Shown piece by piece: positions 36,637 through 46,612 of a DNA stretch of 62,335 bases. Origin of the DNA: Candidatus Thorarchaeota archaeon. GTDB lineage: Archaea; Asgardarchaeota; Thorarchaeia; Thorarchaeales; Thorarchaeaceae. The translations under genes and the position numbers were made by a program. Under the pieces are notes generated by a model. That model was given only the letters and a program-made list of their open reading frames with translations. It was not told the origin of the DNA and searched no databases. Every line of letters begins with the position of its first letter. The first letter of the stretch is position 1. The stretch spans positions 1 to 62,335 of the forward strand of contig RDNZ01000013.1 in assembly GCA_011364905.1 (NCBI GenBank). Direction: 5' to 3'.

Positions 36637-37350
36637 TCAAACAACAGCCATGGTTTCTCTTCGATCCTTCGGGATCCGCCTGAACAACTGGATGTGTGGA
36701 ATGAGCGCAGTGATGATTTTGTTCTCTGCTTTTTTCAGGTGCTCCAGAAAGGTGGTCCTGGATATCTTCTCCTTGGATGCGATAGTCTGAAGGTCTGCTC
36801 CTCGTGGGAACCTGAAATATCCCTGCGCAAATGCTGTCAAGAGAGCATCCACTTGTTTGTCAGTCAATCCCGAGAAGAGAGCATCTGTTGTGAGTGTTAG
36901 AGAACTCGCTATGTACCCATCAAACGGTTTCTTTCTAAGAATCTCCACCTCAAATCCATCTTCTTTCAGCTTTGCAAGAAGTTTCTTGACATTCTCATGT
37001 TTAAAGGCAATCAACCTGAGGTGTTCCCATCCCTCCTCGTATGCAATTGGAGGTATCAGTAGGAGGGTTGGATCATTGAGATAGTGCTGAACTGTGCCGG
37101 GTCCTCCGCATGCGCACATTCTGGTGATGACATGAGTGTTTCCACCATTGTGCATCTCATCAATTATCTCGACAGACTTTGTAAAGTCCTTACGTATCTC
37201 GCCATAGTCTTCCTGTTTCTGTAGAACCAGCTCCATGATGTCGTACTCATCATTACACCATTGAAAGATCTTAGCTGATGGATGTTCTTTGGTTATTAGG
37301 CCAAAGGGATTCTGATATCTTGCTCTGAAAACGACTTCGAATAATGGCAT
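36637..37350 (-). CDS. Bat-like (HTH_10) transcriptional regulator
   Basis: LTDKQVDALLTAFAQGYFRFPR...ISRTTFLEHLKKAENKI. Confidence 0.9.
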   Translation of the reverse strand: MPLFEVVFRARYQNPFGLITKEHPSAKIFQWCNDEYDIMELVLQKQEDYGEIRKDFTKSVEIIDEMHNGGNTHVITRMCACGGPGTVQHYLNDPTLLLIPPIAYEEGWEHLRLIAFKHENVKKLLAKLKEDGFEVEILRKKPFDGYIASSLTLTTDALFSGLTDKQVDALLTAFAQGYFRFPRGADLQTIASKEKISRTTFLEHLKKAENKIITALIPHIQLFRRIPKDRRETMAVV

Positions 37351-37384
37351 ACTTTATCTCACTCCAATAGACATATATGAACTC

Positions 37385-37402
37385 TACCGACATATGTCGG
37401 TA
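37385..37402. promoter_or_regulatory. Perfect 18-bp palindrome upstream of the HTH_10 regulator
   Basis: taccgacatatgtcggta. Confidence 0.75.
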
Positions 37403-37539
37403 TCGTGTTAATCTTTGCTATTCTGACCACTGTGCCTTCATTGATAAAGAGGGGATTGAGACTTCTCAGAGAAGCATGTCCCCCTCTATTGGACTGAGGT
37501 TTCCTCTGTACTCTAAGTGATTTTAGGTTGATTTAGGAT

Positions 37540-37836
37540 TTAGTCTGCATAACGCATTGTCGTGTAACCATCAATGATACGCCATAAACCATGCACGACT
37601 ACGAACGCTAACACACCTAGTATTATCATATTCCAATAGACACTTGATGTGAGTAGCGAGCCACCAAGCTCATTCACATATGGTATCACAGCAAAGATCA
37701 CAACGATTTCCAGAATCCCCATGATTAGCTGGCCTACGAAACGCGGTTTTGCCACACCTTTCTTCATTTCCCTGAAACTCTCCAAATTAGGTACACATGC
37801 GTTGCGCAGCTTGCATATAATACATTTCATCCACAA
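37540..37836 (-). CDS. Small 2-TM hypothetical protein
   Basis: Two hydrophobic segments; start uncertain. Confidence 0.5.
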   Translation of the reverse strand: MWMKCIICKLRNACVPNLESFREMKKGVAKPRFVGQLIMGILEIVVIFAVIPYVNELGGSLLTSSVYWNMIILGVLAFVVVHGLWRIIDGYTTMRYAD

Positions 37837-37952
37837 TTTGGATGCCCTGGAATCAAGAATTAATTCACATTGGAAACTATTTATGGTGTTACTGCCTCTG
37901 GGACGAAACCATCAAGCCCTCGACCCTCTTGATTTCAGAAGCGTGAACCTCA

Positions 37953-39590
37953 ATGTCGCATGTACTCAAACAGAACAAGTTCGTGATCGCTGCACTTTTA
38001 ATCACAGTAGTGTTTGCAGGTCTTACGTTTGGAAACCTGCCAGCTCCACCAGTGCCATTGGGCGTTCAGACAATTGATGGGACCACATTCAACTTTGCAG
38101 ACTATCCAGCATTGACTCATGAGCAGATTGCGATTATTAACTACTTCAATCGCCTTGTGACAGAACAATCCGTCGTTTCATGGGATGGTTGGAATGCTGA
38201 GAACTACATGTGGGCAATCCAATATGTCAACGCATTTCTCGCATACGCTTTTGCTGCCCTTGCTGAAACAACATCAGGTTACAGAACAGACTTCTATGAA
38301 AACTTTACACGCTCGCAAATTCTGAGAATGAACACAACAGTCGCTGAGTATGGGAATAAGTCCATGGAATACTATGAGTGGGACTCTATTCCGGGATTCA
38401 CTGAGTACCACTACCCCAACGCCACCAACCCGGCTGATGTGTATACGGGAGGGTTCAGAGGACCGGCTAACATCATGTGGACTGGGCATTATGCCTTAAT
38501 GCTAGAGCTCTATGAAAGAAACTTCAATGAAGGAGCAGTTGTGGACGAGCTGAGCTCGTACATCAATCAATGGAATTCTTCAGTGACAACTGATGGTTTT
38601 GGACATCCTAAACCTGGGGGGATCTGGGGTGTGGGACTCATTCCATGCGAACCTTATGTCGTATTCACTCAATGTAATAGTATCCCCATCTTTACAACTG
38701 AGCTCTACGATAACCTGTATGGTACGAGCTACATGGACAGTGGGATGTGGGACTATGGGTTGGCTTTCATGAATGAGAACATCACAGATGATTATGGGCT
38801 TTATACAAACAGCTACTTTGTCCAAAGGCCTATTGGCTGGGGACCAAATTCAGACCTTGTTCCCCAAAAGATACCCGGTCAGGGAGTTGACCCTCTGGTC
38901 GGAGGTCCAAGTCTTAGCTCATATGCGACAGCATGGACGCTGACCTTCTTGGAGTACACAATCCCTGATACCACTATTCCAAAATACCCAACATTCATTG
39001 ACGCCTACAGCAGAGAGCTTTCTGGGAATATGATGTACATGCTTGGCTCGTACAATCACCCAACATCTTTTGGCGATGTGTTTGGAATACTTGGTACGCT
39101 CTTCACTGCGGGTTTGGCAAACCAAAGAGGTGACTATAACACAAGAAACCGTATTCTCAATCTACTGCGAGATATGATGAATGTGGTGTGGTCACCTGAC
39201 GGTCGAGAGATGTTCTATGACGCCTCCTCGTTGGACCCATTTCTATCAGGAGTGTTTTCTTTGTGCTCTGTGTGGTCAACATTGCCAGTTACAGTACGTG
39301 ATCTTGCTGATGCCCGTCCAGCCGAGTTCTGGAATTATCCATACATCAGCGCCGCTGATGATCAGAATATCTGGGTGTACCAAGCTAAGTGGGATCCAGC
39401 CAAGTCTGGATTCATCCTGAATATTAGGGTGGACAGTCCTGCGGAACTGACATTCAGCAACTTCCAAAATGTCCCCACTGCCTTCTCAAGAGGTGTATCA
39501 ATTGGAGAACTCACCGCTGGTTCCGGTGGCGACTATATCCTGTCATTACAACCAGGAACGTATCAACTAGTGATAATGGAGGGGACCTAA
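37953..39590 (+). CDS. Linalool dehydratase/isomerase-family protein, membrane-anchored or secreted
   Basis: NIMWTGHYALM, GLIPCEPYVVFTQCNS and SSYATAWTL match recalled Ldi motifs NIMYKGHLNLM, GIVCEPDNYFVQCNS and SAYTTAWTL. Confidence 0.8.
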   Translation: MSHVLKQNKFVIAALLITVVFAGLTFGNLPAPPVPLGVQTIDGTTFNFADYPALTHEQIAIINYFNRLVTEQSVVSWDGWNAENYMWAIQYVNAFLAYAFAALAETTSGYRTDFYENFTRSQILRMNTTVAEYGNKSMEYYEWDSIPGFTEYHYPNATNPADVYTGGFRGPANIMWTGHYALMLELYERNFNEGAVVDELSSYINQWNSSVTTDGFGHPKPGGIWGVGLIPCEPYVVFTQCNSIPIFTTELYDNLYGTSYMDSGMWDYGLAFMNENITDDYGLYTNSYFVQRPIGWGPNSDLVPQKIPGQGVDPLVGGPSLSSYATAWTLTFLEYTIPDTTIPKYPTFIDAYSRELSGNMMYMLGSYNHPTSFGDVFGILGTLFTAGLANQRGDYNTRNRILNLLRDMMNVVWSPDGREMFYDASSLDPFLSGVFSLCSVWSTLPVTVRDLADARPAEFWNYPYISAADDQNIWVYQAKWDPAKSGFILNIRVDSPAELTFSNFQNVPTAFSRGVSIGELTAGSGGDYILSLQPGTYQLVIMEGT

Positions 39591-39592
39591 TC

Positions 39593-40150
39593 GTGAGCGA
39601 GCGACTCAGAGTGCAAGATTGGAGATCCGCACTCATCACTATCATTTTTGGATTTGTCGGGGCCACTGTTTTTGTTCTAGTCAATGCCGTACCCATGCCC
39701 TTCAGAATGGTATCCCTGTTGAAATTCGGTTTCGTACCAGCTCTAGCCATCATCGCGGTGGTGGGAGGAATACGTGGACCTCTTGCAGGGCTCATCACAG
39801 GTTATCTGGGAGTTATTACCTACGACCTGTTGATACACAATGTCATTGTCCTTCTAACACTCCCTGCCCTGGCATATGGAGTTCTTGGACTTGTTGTTGG
39901 GATGGCATCCTACGACTTCTCAAGAGGTCGGTCACTGGGGAAACTATCCCTCTTGTCTGCCATTGGTCTTGTGTTCACAGCATTGCTATTGGTGGCCTTT
40001 GGCTTGTTTGTCGGACAGATCTCTGCCCTTGCAGAAATTGGGTTTGTCATGCTCCCTTTGCTCACGACTGGTCTTCCATCAGTCATTCTACTGACTCCCA
40101 TTCTGGCCCGGCTCTGGCTCGTTCTTAGTCAAAGGGTCCAACTACCGTAG
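39593..40150 (+). CDS. ECF transporter substrate-specific (S) component
   Basis: About six TM; PALAIIAVVGGIRGPLAGLITGYLG...DL pattern. Confidence 0.75.
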   Translation: MSERLRVQDWRSALITIIFGFVGATVFVLVNAVPMPFRMVSLLKFGFVPALAIIAVVGGIRGPLAGLITGYLGVITYDLLIHNVIVLLTLPALAYGVLGLVVGMASYDFSRGRSLGKLSLLSAIGLVFTALLLVAFGLFVGQISALAEIGFVMLPLLTTGLPSVILLTPILARLWLVLSQRVQLP

Positions 40151-40312
40151 CAACCTGTTTGAACCTGACTGGTCATGACATGCATGTTCCCTCTCATAGC
40201 ATAGTCAGGTCAAGAAGAAGCCATCTTGTATGTCTTAATCTCTCTAGAATTCATGAAACTTATAGGTCAGTTTGCTGTGTACCTTTAGAATCTTCTAAGG
40301 AGGAAAAATCAA

Positions 40313-41116
40313 ATGGTGTTTAACCCTCTACCCGGTTGGGGTTGGGCCTGGGACATTGTTGCATTCATTATCTCGTTTATCGTGATTATGTTGCTTGTCC
40401 AGATCAATGCCCGAATCGAGAAAAGCGGTGCGCTTTCAACTACTGTAACACGGAAAGTCATTCACACGTTTGCGGCCCCATTGTGGGTGCTTACATGGAT
40501 GCTCTTCTCCGGTGGTATATTCAGTCGCTGGCTGGCCATAATAGTCCCTCTCATATTCGTTCTTCAGTTCGTGATGATAGGGACTGGGAAAAGTCAGAAC
40601 GAGGATTTTGTGCGTTCAATGTCGAGAAGCGGAGACCCCAGGGAACTTCTTGGAGGCACATTGTACTATGCCTTCTTGATGGTCGTCATTGGGATTCTCT
40701 GGTTCTATGTCCCACCTGATGGGAATCTGGCTGCTGCAACTCCTCTGGCACTTATTGTCTTTGGTTGTCTGGCTGGCGGAGATGGCTTTGCAGATGTCAT
40801 TGGCAGGAAGTATGGTGGCGACAAGAAGTTTGGCATAGGTGGAGCAGAGAAGACCCTCGCTGGAGTGATCGGGATGTTCATCGGGTCATTCCTCTTTAGC
40901 TTTGTCTTGGTCTTTCTCTTCTCGATAGAGGTGGCTACATTCTCTATCGTCGGTTTGTTGATACCTATCCTCATTGTAAGTATCGTATCTACCATTGTTG
41001 AGGCAATTACTCCAAAGGGTCTTGACAACCTGACAATCACCATTGTAGCAATCATTGTGATACTGATATTGCCCTACCTTGGACTGTGGCCATACCCAAT
41101 GTTCAGTCTGTTCTAA
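40313..41116 (+). CDS. Phytol/farnesol/dolichol kinase family (CTP-dependent prenol kinase)
   Basis: RKVIH, SMSRSGDPRELLGGTLYY, GGDGFADVIGRKYG, EKTLAG, DNLT. Confidence 0.88.
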   Translation: MVFNPLPGWGWAWDIVAFIISFIVIMLLVQINARIEKSGALSTTVTRKVIHTFAAPLWVLTWMLFSGGIFSRWLAIIVPLIFVLQFVMIGTGKSQNEDFVRSMSRSGDPRELLGGTLYYAFLMVVIGILWFYVPPDGNLAAATPLALIVFGCLAGGDGFADVIGRKYGGDKKFGIGGAEKTLAGVIGMFIGSFLFSFVLVFLFSIEVATFSIVGLLIPILIVSIVSTIVEAITPKGLDNLTITIVAIIVILILPYLGLWPYPMFSLF

Positions 41117-41134
41117 ATCATCTGGTGCTGCAAG

Positions 41135-41953
41135 ATGGTCAAAGAACTAACTGTCATGAAGCTCGGTGGGTCGCTGCTCACGGATAAGACGAAGCCGTAT
41201 ACCTACAGAAAAGAAGTGCTGCAGTCTGTGGCCCGAGAGATTGCAGAATGTCTAGATGAAGGTCTTATTCAGTCCCTCGTCTTGTTGCATGGCGTCGGTT
41301 CTTATGGCCATCCTCCAGTCCTGAAATACAACCTGCACAAGGGATTCTTGGGGCCTGAACAGCTCCTACAGTTGTCAAAAACACAGGAAGGTGTTGCAAC
41401 TCTCCGTCACATCATTGTAAAGGAGCTGCAGAATGCTGGTATTCCTGTTTGTCTGATGTACCCATCATCAATGGTGACCTCAGAGAAGATGCAGATGACT
41501 AGCTACTTCTTGGAGCCACTGAAGGGTTTCGTATCAGTTGGCATGATACCCCTATTAGGTGGGGACATTCTGATTGACTCAGTCATGGGATGGAGTGTGG
41601 GCAGCGGAGATCAACTTGCTGTCATCATTGCGAAGGAGCTAGGTGCCAAACGTTTATTGTTTGCATCCGATGTGGCCGGAATCTATGAGCATGATCCGAA
41701 GCTAAAACCTGACGCAGCTCCTATAGATACAATCAACCTGAACGATCTTGAGGCGGCACTCAAGAGAATGGGTGCATCATCCATTGATGACGCAAGTGGA
41801 GGAATGAAGGGGAAGCTCAAGTCCATAGTCGCAGATAAACAGCTCATCAAAGATGGTCTGGAGGTCGGACTACTCTCCATGATGGAGTATGGCGCACTGA
41901 AGGCGTTACTCAAGAATGAAAAGTGTCAGTGCACTCGAGTAGTTGTAGAATAG
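41135..41953 (+). CDS. Isopentenyl phosphate kinase family
   Basis: KLGGSLLTDK, HGVGSYGH, SGDQ, SDVAGIY, DASGGMKGK. Confidence 0.88.
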   Translation: MVKELTVMKLGGSLLTDKTKPYTYRKEVLQSVAREIAECLDEGLIQSLVLLHGVGSYGHPPVLKYNLHKGFLGPEQLLQLSKTQEGVATLRHIIVKELQNAGIPVCLMYPSSMVTSEKMQMTSYFLEPLKGFVSVGMIPLLGGDILIDSVMGWSVGSGDQLAVIIAKELGAKRLLFASDVAGIYEHDPKLKPDAAPIDTINLNDLEAALKRMGASSIDDASGGMKGKLKSIVADKQLIKDGLEVGLLSMMEYGALKALLKNEKCQCTRVVVE

Positions 41954-41987
41954 TATCAACGGTGGGGCTCCTCTGAGTCCCACATGC

Positions 41988-43205
41988 TCATTTTTTCTGT
42001 TTCTCAATCAGGTCCTGATAGATTGTTAATAGTTGCTTGGCATAATCCCTAATGTCGTACTTCTGAGCTGACTTGAGAGCAGTCTTTGCAATCTTCTCTC
42101 TGAGTTCTCTGTCCGATAGGAGCGAGTCCACTGCATCAGCCAGTGCGTTCGCATCATCAGGTGACACTGCAATCCCATCATAGTCAGGACGAATTATCTC
42201 ACCGGGGCCAAACACGTTCGTGGTTATTACAGGAACTCCACATGCCATTGCCTCAATAATGGAGAGGCCAAACGGCTCCTGCCGTGAAGGGTAGAGAAAG
42301 ATGCGACTCTTGTTGAGCAAGAGTGGAACATCATCTGTTTCAACAACTCCTTTGTATTCTATCATTGATGAAACGTTTCTCTCCTCGAACTCTTTGAAAA
42401 GCCAGCTTTTTAGAGAACCCTCGCCAGTCATCATCATCTTCAATCTAGGGAATCTTGGTCTGAGAATGCTCAACATCTCTGGAAACAAATCGACAGCTTT
42501 CATTGTTTCCAAGCGTCCCATGAATGCCACGTCCCATTGTTTCTCAACATCTGGCAGTGGTCTGAAGGCTGACAAATCAATACCACTGTATACCACTCGT
42601 ATTCTATCATGAACCTCAGACTTGAGATACTTCCTGAGGGCCTCAGCAACGTTCTCGCTGACTGCAAGAACAAGACCGAAGTCGAAGTTCGAAGCAAACT
42701 CATCATAATCGGTTGATTCTCGACCGTCAGGAAGGATGATGGACTTGGGTAACCCATGAATGGTGACGATTACAGGAATCTCCAGTTGGGCCGACAGACG
42801 CAATTTCTTGATTACTCTGTTGAAGATTATGTATGTACTGTGGGCATGGATTATGTCCGGTTGAATCTCTTCGATAAGTCCAGCAAGTTGTTCTGCAAGA
42901 GTGTCCACATTCTCTGCGATGTCAGAGGGGTTGAACAACTCTCCAGCAGCTTCTGCTCTCTCCTCCTCTGGAAGCGCGTAAAACTCCCACTTTCGAGCCT
43001 CAAGATGATTCCCCCCCAAGTAATAGATTGTATAGTGAGGATGTTTGATTGACTCTGGGGATTGTCGATAGGGCGACTGAGTGATGACAAACGACTTGTG
43101 TCCCAGCTCTGCCATTGTGCCTGACAGATAATGGATGATGGACTCATACCCTCCGAGACCGGCAGGATTAAGGCTATCACATAGATGGAGAATCTTCATC
43201 AGCAC
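41988..43205 (-). CDS. GT4 family glycosyltransferase
   Basis: GGYE, IIHAH, GRL..KAV, PSRQEPFGLSIIEAMACGVPV. Confidence 0.93.
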   Translation of the reverse strand: MLMKILHLCDSLNPAGLGGYESIIHYLSGTMAELGHKSFVITQSPYRQSPESIKHPHYTIYYLGGNHLEARKWEFYALPEEERAEAAGELFNPSDIAENVDTLAEQLAGLIEEIQPDIIHAHSTYIIFNRVIKKLRLSAQLEIPVIVTIHGLPKSIILPDGRESTDYDEFASNFDFGLVLAVSENVAEALRKYLKSEVHDRIRVVYSGIDLSAFRPLPDVEKQWDVAFMGRLETMKAVDLFPEMLSILRPRFPRLKMMMTGEGSLKSWLFKEFEERNVSSMIEYKGVVETDDVPLLLNKSRIFLYPSRQEPFGLSIIEAMACGVPVITTNVFGPGEIIRPDYDGIAVSPDDANALADAVDSLLSDRELREKIAKTALKSAQKYDIRDYAKQLLTIYQDLIEKQKK

Positions 43206-43277
43206 TACTCCGAAGTGTTCACCTAGTTCTTGTGTGGACCATCTAATCTATCTAGCTGTCAAATGCAGAGTAATGTC

Positions 43278-44360
43278 ATGTTCGAGGTTGATGAATTGAA
43301 CGATCCAGCATGCATCGATTTGCCCCCTCACGTACGGGACCGTGACATTTTCCATGATACAGCTGGTCGGGTCTTTGTCGTTCTCGGACATATTCAGCCT
43401 TCTGACCGGATTCTCTCTTTCCTCAAGTATGTTCCTGACCCATCAGGTGATTGGCAGTCCGGTGCTGTCAAGTACAAGAGAATCTTCTGGGGGAGCGTGA
43501 GCTCGACCGTGGATGGTATGAATCTGCTCCCGTCCGACTATATTATCTCAGATGCGCATTTTGGCACTGAACTACTAGAACCCCCAAGAGAGAGTGTTGC
43601 AAAGTACTTCAGCCCTGAGTTTCGGTTGAGAGAGATCATTGAACAGGGTCCTCGTGATCCTCTTGAGAGACTAGCAAAAAGGGGAGCTGACACACTCCAT
43701 GATGAACTTGGTCTACCTTACGAACGCATTGGAGTTGCAGGAAGCATACTATGGAAGGGACACAGCCTAGAACGGTCAGACATCAATATGAACCTCTATG
43801 GGTTCGATGCCTCTTGGATTCTCGAGGACCACTATGAGTCACTAGCAGAGGGGAGAACTGACACACGTCTTCGTGAACTTGTTGACTGGCGACATGCCAT
43901 GGCCCGGATCCATGAGAGGGTCCCTATCATGAAGACTGAGGACCTTGAGAGCCTGTTTACTCGTCGGAAGGCATTATGCCTGGATGATGTCTGCATTGGG
44001 ATTACGCCCATTCTTCTCCCAGATGAAGCTCCTATCCGTTATGCAAGCGAGTCATACACTTCAGTTTCTTCCAAGCCCGTCACTATCACAATGGATATTG
44101 AAGATGCTGACTATGGTCTCTTCCATCCAGCCATCTATGGTGTGACTACGCAGTCCCTCGATGTAATTGATGGTGCCTCTGTGAGTCGAGTCATGGTGTA
44201 CGATGGCGCCTTTGGAGGTCTTCTTAGAACTGGTGATCATGTGGAGGTCACGGGCACCATTCAACGTGTGTCCTCAGCCTCAGATGCCCCCCCCTTCTAT
44301 CAAGTCATGGTCGGCACAAAAACTGGGGCTGGACTGGAATATATCCGGCTATTAGTCTAG
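43278..44360 (+). CDS. Predicted archaeal nucleotidyltransferase (COG1665-like)
   Basis: RDRD, FLKY.P, IGVAGSIL...SDINM Pol-beta-type motif. Confidence 0.7.
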   Translation: MFEVDELNDPACIDLPPHVRDRDIFHDTAGRVFVVLGHIQPSDRILSFLKYVPDPSGDWQSGAVKYKRIFWGSVSSTVDGMNLLPSDYIISDAHFGTELLEPPRESVAKYFSPEFRLREIIEQGPRDPLERLAKRGADTLHDELGLPYERIGVAGSILWKGHSLERSDINMNLYGFDASWILEDHYESLAEGRTDTRLRELVDWRHAMARIHERVPIMKTEDLESLFTRRKALCLDDVCIGITPILLPDEAPIRYASESYTSVSSKPVTITMDIEDADYGLFHPAIYGVTTQSLDVIDGASVSRVMVYDGAFGGLLRTGDHVEVTGTIQRVSSASDAPPFYQVMVGTKTGAGLEYIRLLV

Positions 44361-44403
44361 CATGCAATCACAACTATCTTAGGTCTGCGCGTACTTTTCA
44401 AAG

Positions 44404-45459
44404 ATGATGTCCCCAAAGAGACCCTTCCTGAAAGTAGCTGCAGACAAAGGAGAGGGGGTCAGGAAGGCACTACTGGAGTCAGGTCTTCTTGATGTGGACT
44501 ACAAGATAGTGTTTCAGGATGGAACACTCTCCTTACCACTCTGCCAGACGGTCCAAAGAGAACACCTCGATTCTATTCTTGGACCTATTGACTATACAAC
44601 TGGAGAGATGGATTTTGATTCTCAGTCTGGCGGCCCTAAGACCCTGCTAGAAGCACTGGAACACCGCCTTAGTCCGGAGGAGCTTGAGCTTGTTCCTCGA
44701 GCGTATGACTTGATCGGTGATATCGCAGTCTTAGAGATACCCGAAGAACTCTCGGGTCAGAGTGAGACTATTGGACAGGCCTTCCATGAGGTTCACAGAC
44801 ACTTCTCTACGGTGCTTGCCAAGAAAGGGGCAATATCGGGGACAACCAGGGTCAGAGAGTACCAGTACCTGGCTGGTGAAGATAAGACTGACACAATTCA
44901 CACTGAATATGGTTGCCGTTTCGCTGTCGACCTGTCCAAGGCATATTTCAGCCCAAGACTCCTTGAAGAACACAACAGAATTGCTCAGCTTGTGGGGAAT
45001 GGCGAGTTTGTCGTAGACATGTTCTGCGGTGTAGGCCCCTTTCCAATACATATAGCGCGACAACACGCAGCTCACATTGTGGCTATAGACATCAATCCTG
45101 ATGCGATTGCCCTTCTAAACAAGAGCATAGCTTTGAACAAGCTCGTTGGGACGATTGAGCCCATCGTTGGAGATGCCAGGGACTATCCCAAAAATCATGT
45201 CGCTGATCGTGTCATTATGAACCACCCATCAGGTGCCTTTGACTTCATCCCTGATGCCTGTCGAATCCTAAAACCGGGGTCCTCACTGCATTATTATGAT
45301 TTCATTGGGAATGAGAACCCTGAGGGAACGATTACCGACAAGCTCACGCATCTTGTCGAGACTGCTGGTCACTCTGTCACCAGAATTGACCTTGTGAGAA
45401 GAGTGAGAGACAGCGCACCGTACGAGTATCAGATGGTGGTCGATGCAATCATAGAGTGA
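44404..45459 (+). CDS. trm5: tRNA (guanine37-N1)-methyltransferase Trm5 family
   Basis: YDLIGDIA, YFSPRL, DMFCGVGPF, DINPDA, IMNHP. Confidence 0.92.
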   Translation: MMSPKRPFLKVAADKGEGVRKALLESGLLDVDYKIVFQDGTLSLPLCQTVQREHLDSILGPIDYTTGEMDFDSQSGGPKTLLEALEHRLSPEELELVPRAYDLIGDIAVLEIPEELSGQSETIGQAFHEVHRHFSTVLAKKGAISGTTRVREYQYLAGEDKTDTIHTEYGCRFAVDLSKAYFSPRLLEEHNRIAQLVGNGEFVVDMFCGVGPFPIHIARQHAAHIVAIDINPDAIALLNKSIALNKLVGTIEPIVGDARDYPKNHVADRVIMNHPSGAFDFIPDACRILKPGSSLHYYDFIGNENPEGTITDKLTHLVETAGHSVTRIDLVRRVRDSAPYEYQMVVDAIIE

Positions 45460-45874
45460 CATAGGTCAACTCACACTTGATGAGAGCACCATTTACTTTC
45501 AGTCTATCAATGAAGTTACGATTGAGGTCAGACGCAGCCTTATCGGCGTTGATCATAAGAGTGCGCCCACAGGTGTAAGTGCTGGTTCTTGCAACCATGC
45601 TTGTTGGGTCTGTGTAAGTCAGTCCAGGACTTCCTGTGCCAGTCACCTCTTCCTTCAGTCCGTTCACCCACATTCTCAGAGTGATTCTAGTGCTAGGAGA
45701 CGAGGCCAGTCGTCTGATCCGTTCGTCTAGTTGATCCAGCGTAATGTCTGCAGACACGCCAACTATGCAGGTCCCCCGTCTGGTGAGATAATCCTCTGAG
45801 GTAAGTTCAACTGTTGTCTTATGTTCCCCAATGACATTTTCATGTCCATAAGCATTGAACTTGACTCTCTGCAT
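45449..45874 (-). CDS. DUF371 family protein
   Basis: GHENV.G.HKTT.ELT....LT.RGTCIVGV; ADKAASDL. Confidence 0.88.
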   Translation of the reverse strand: MQRVKFNAYGHENVIGEHKTTVELTSEDYLTRRGTCIVGVSADITLDQLDERIRRLASSPSTRITLRMWVNGLKEEVTGTGSPGLTYTDPTSMVARTSTYTCGRTLMINADKAASDLNRNFIDRLKVNGALIKCELTYVTL

Positions 45875-45933
45875 AACTAATGTACTGCGGCCAATCCTTT
45901 TATGAATCCATATCCTTTCTAGGTGTGATTCCG

Positions 45934-46611
45934 ATGCACACGGACCACTTCAAACAGGAGATTGACAATTTAGTCCGTCGACTCCGGAACAGTGGTTACA
46001 TGCAGAGTGACGAGATGGAACGAGCGTTCCGGACTGTTCCAAGAGAAGAGTTTGTCCACCCCGACAACCGAAGACACGCGTACCGTGACTCTCCTCTTCC
46101 CATTGGACTCGGTCAGACAATATCCGCTCCGCACATGTGCGTAATAATGTGCGAAGCCCTACAACTGAGCCCTGGACTGAAGGTACTAGAGGTTGGCGCA
46201 GGATCAGGCTACCATGCTGCTCTATGTGCAGAAATTGTCGCTCCGAAGTCCACTCAGACACCCGGCCATGTCTATACAATTGAGATAGTTGAGGGTCTGA
46301 TTGACTTTGCAAGAGGTAATCTTGAACGCAGCGGATACGCGGAACGTGTGACACTCATTCATGCAGATGGAGGAGTTGGGCTACCTGAGCATGCTCCTTT
46401 TGACCGAATACTTGTTGCTGCTGCAGCCCCCGATGTTCCAGATCCACTAATCGCCCAGCTCAGTCCCGGGGGCATCATGCTGATTCCAGTGGGCGGAAAA
46501 GGGTTTTTCCAAGAACTAATGAAGGTAGAGAAAGACAAGAATGGCAATGTCGTTAAGAAACGCTGGGGAGGAGTTGCCTTCGTTCCTCTCACAGGTAAAT
46601 ATGGACATTGA
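45934..46611 (+). CDS. pcm: Protein-L-isoaspartate O-methyltransferase
   Basis: VPREEF, GQTISAPHM, LEVGAGSGY, APFDRI, FVPL. Confidence 0.96.
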   Translation: MHTDHFKQEIDNLVRRLRNSGYMQSDEMERAFRTVPREEFVHPDNRRHAYRDSPLPIGLGQTISAPHMCVIMCEALQLSPGLKVLEVGAGSGYHAALCAEIVAPKSTQTPGHVYTIEIVEGLIDFARGNLERSGYAERVTLIHADGGVGLPEHAPFDRILVAAAAPDVPDPLIAQLSPGGIMLIPVGGKGFFQELMKVEKDKNGNVVKKRWGGVAFVPLTGKYGH

Positions 46612-46612
46612 G

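Noticed and set aside
17000-37500. Provirus, IS or integrase in the accessory region
   Set aside because: No ORF shows tyrosine/serine recombinase, DDE transposase, reverse transcriptase or capsid motifs.
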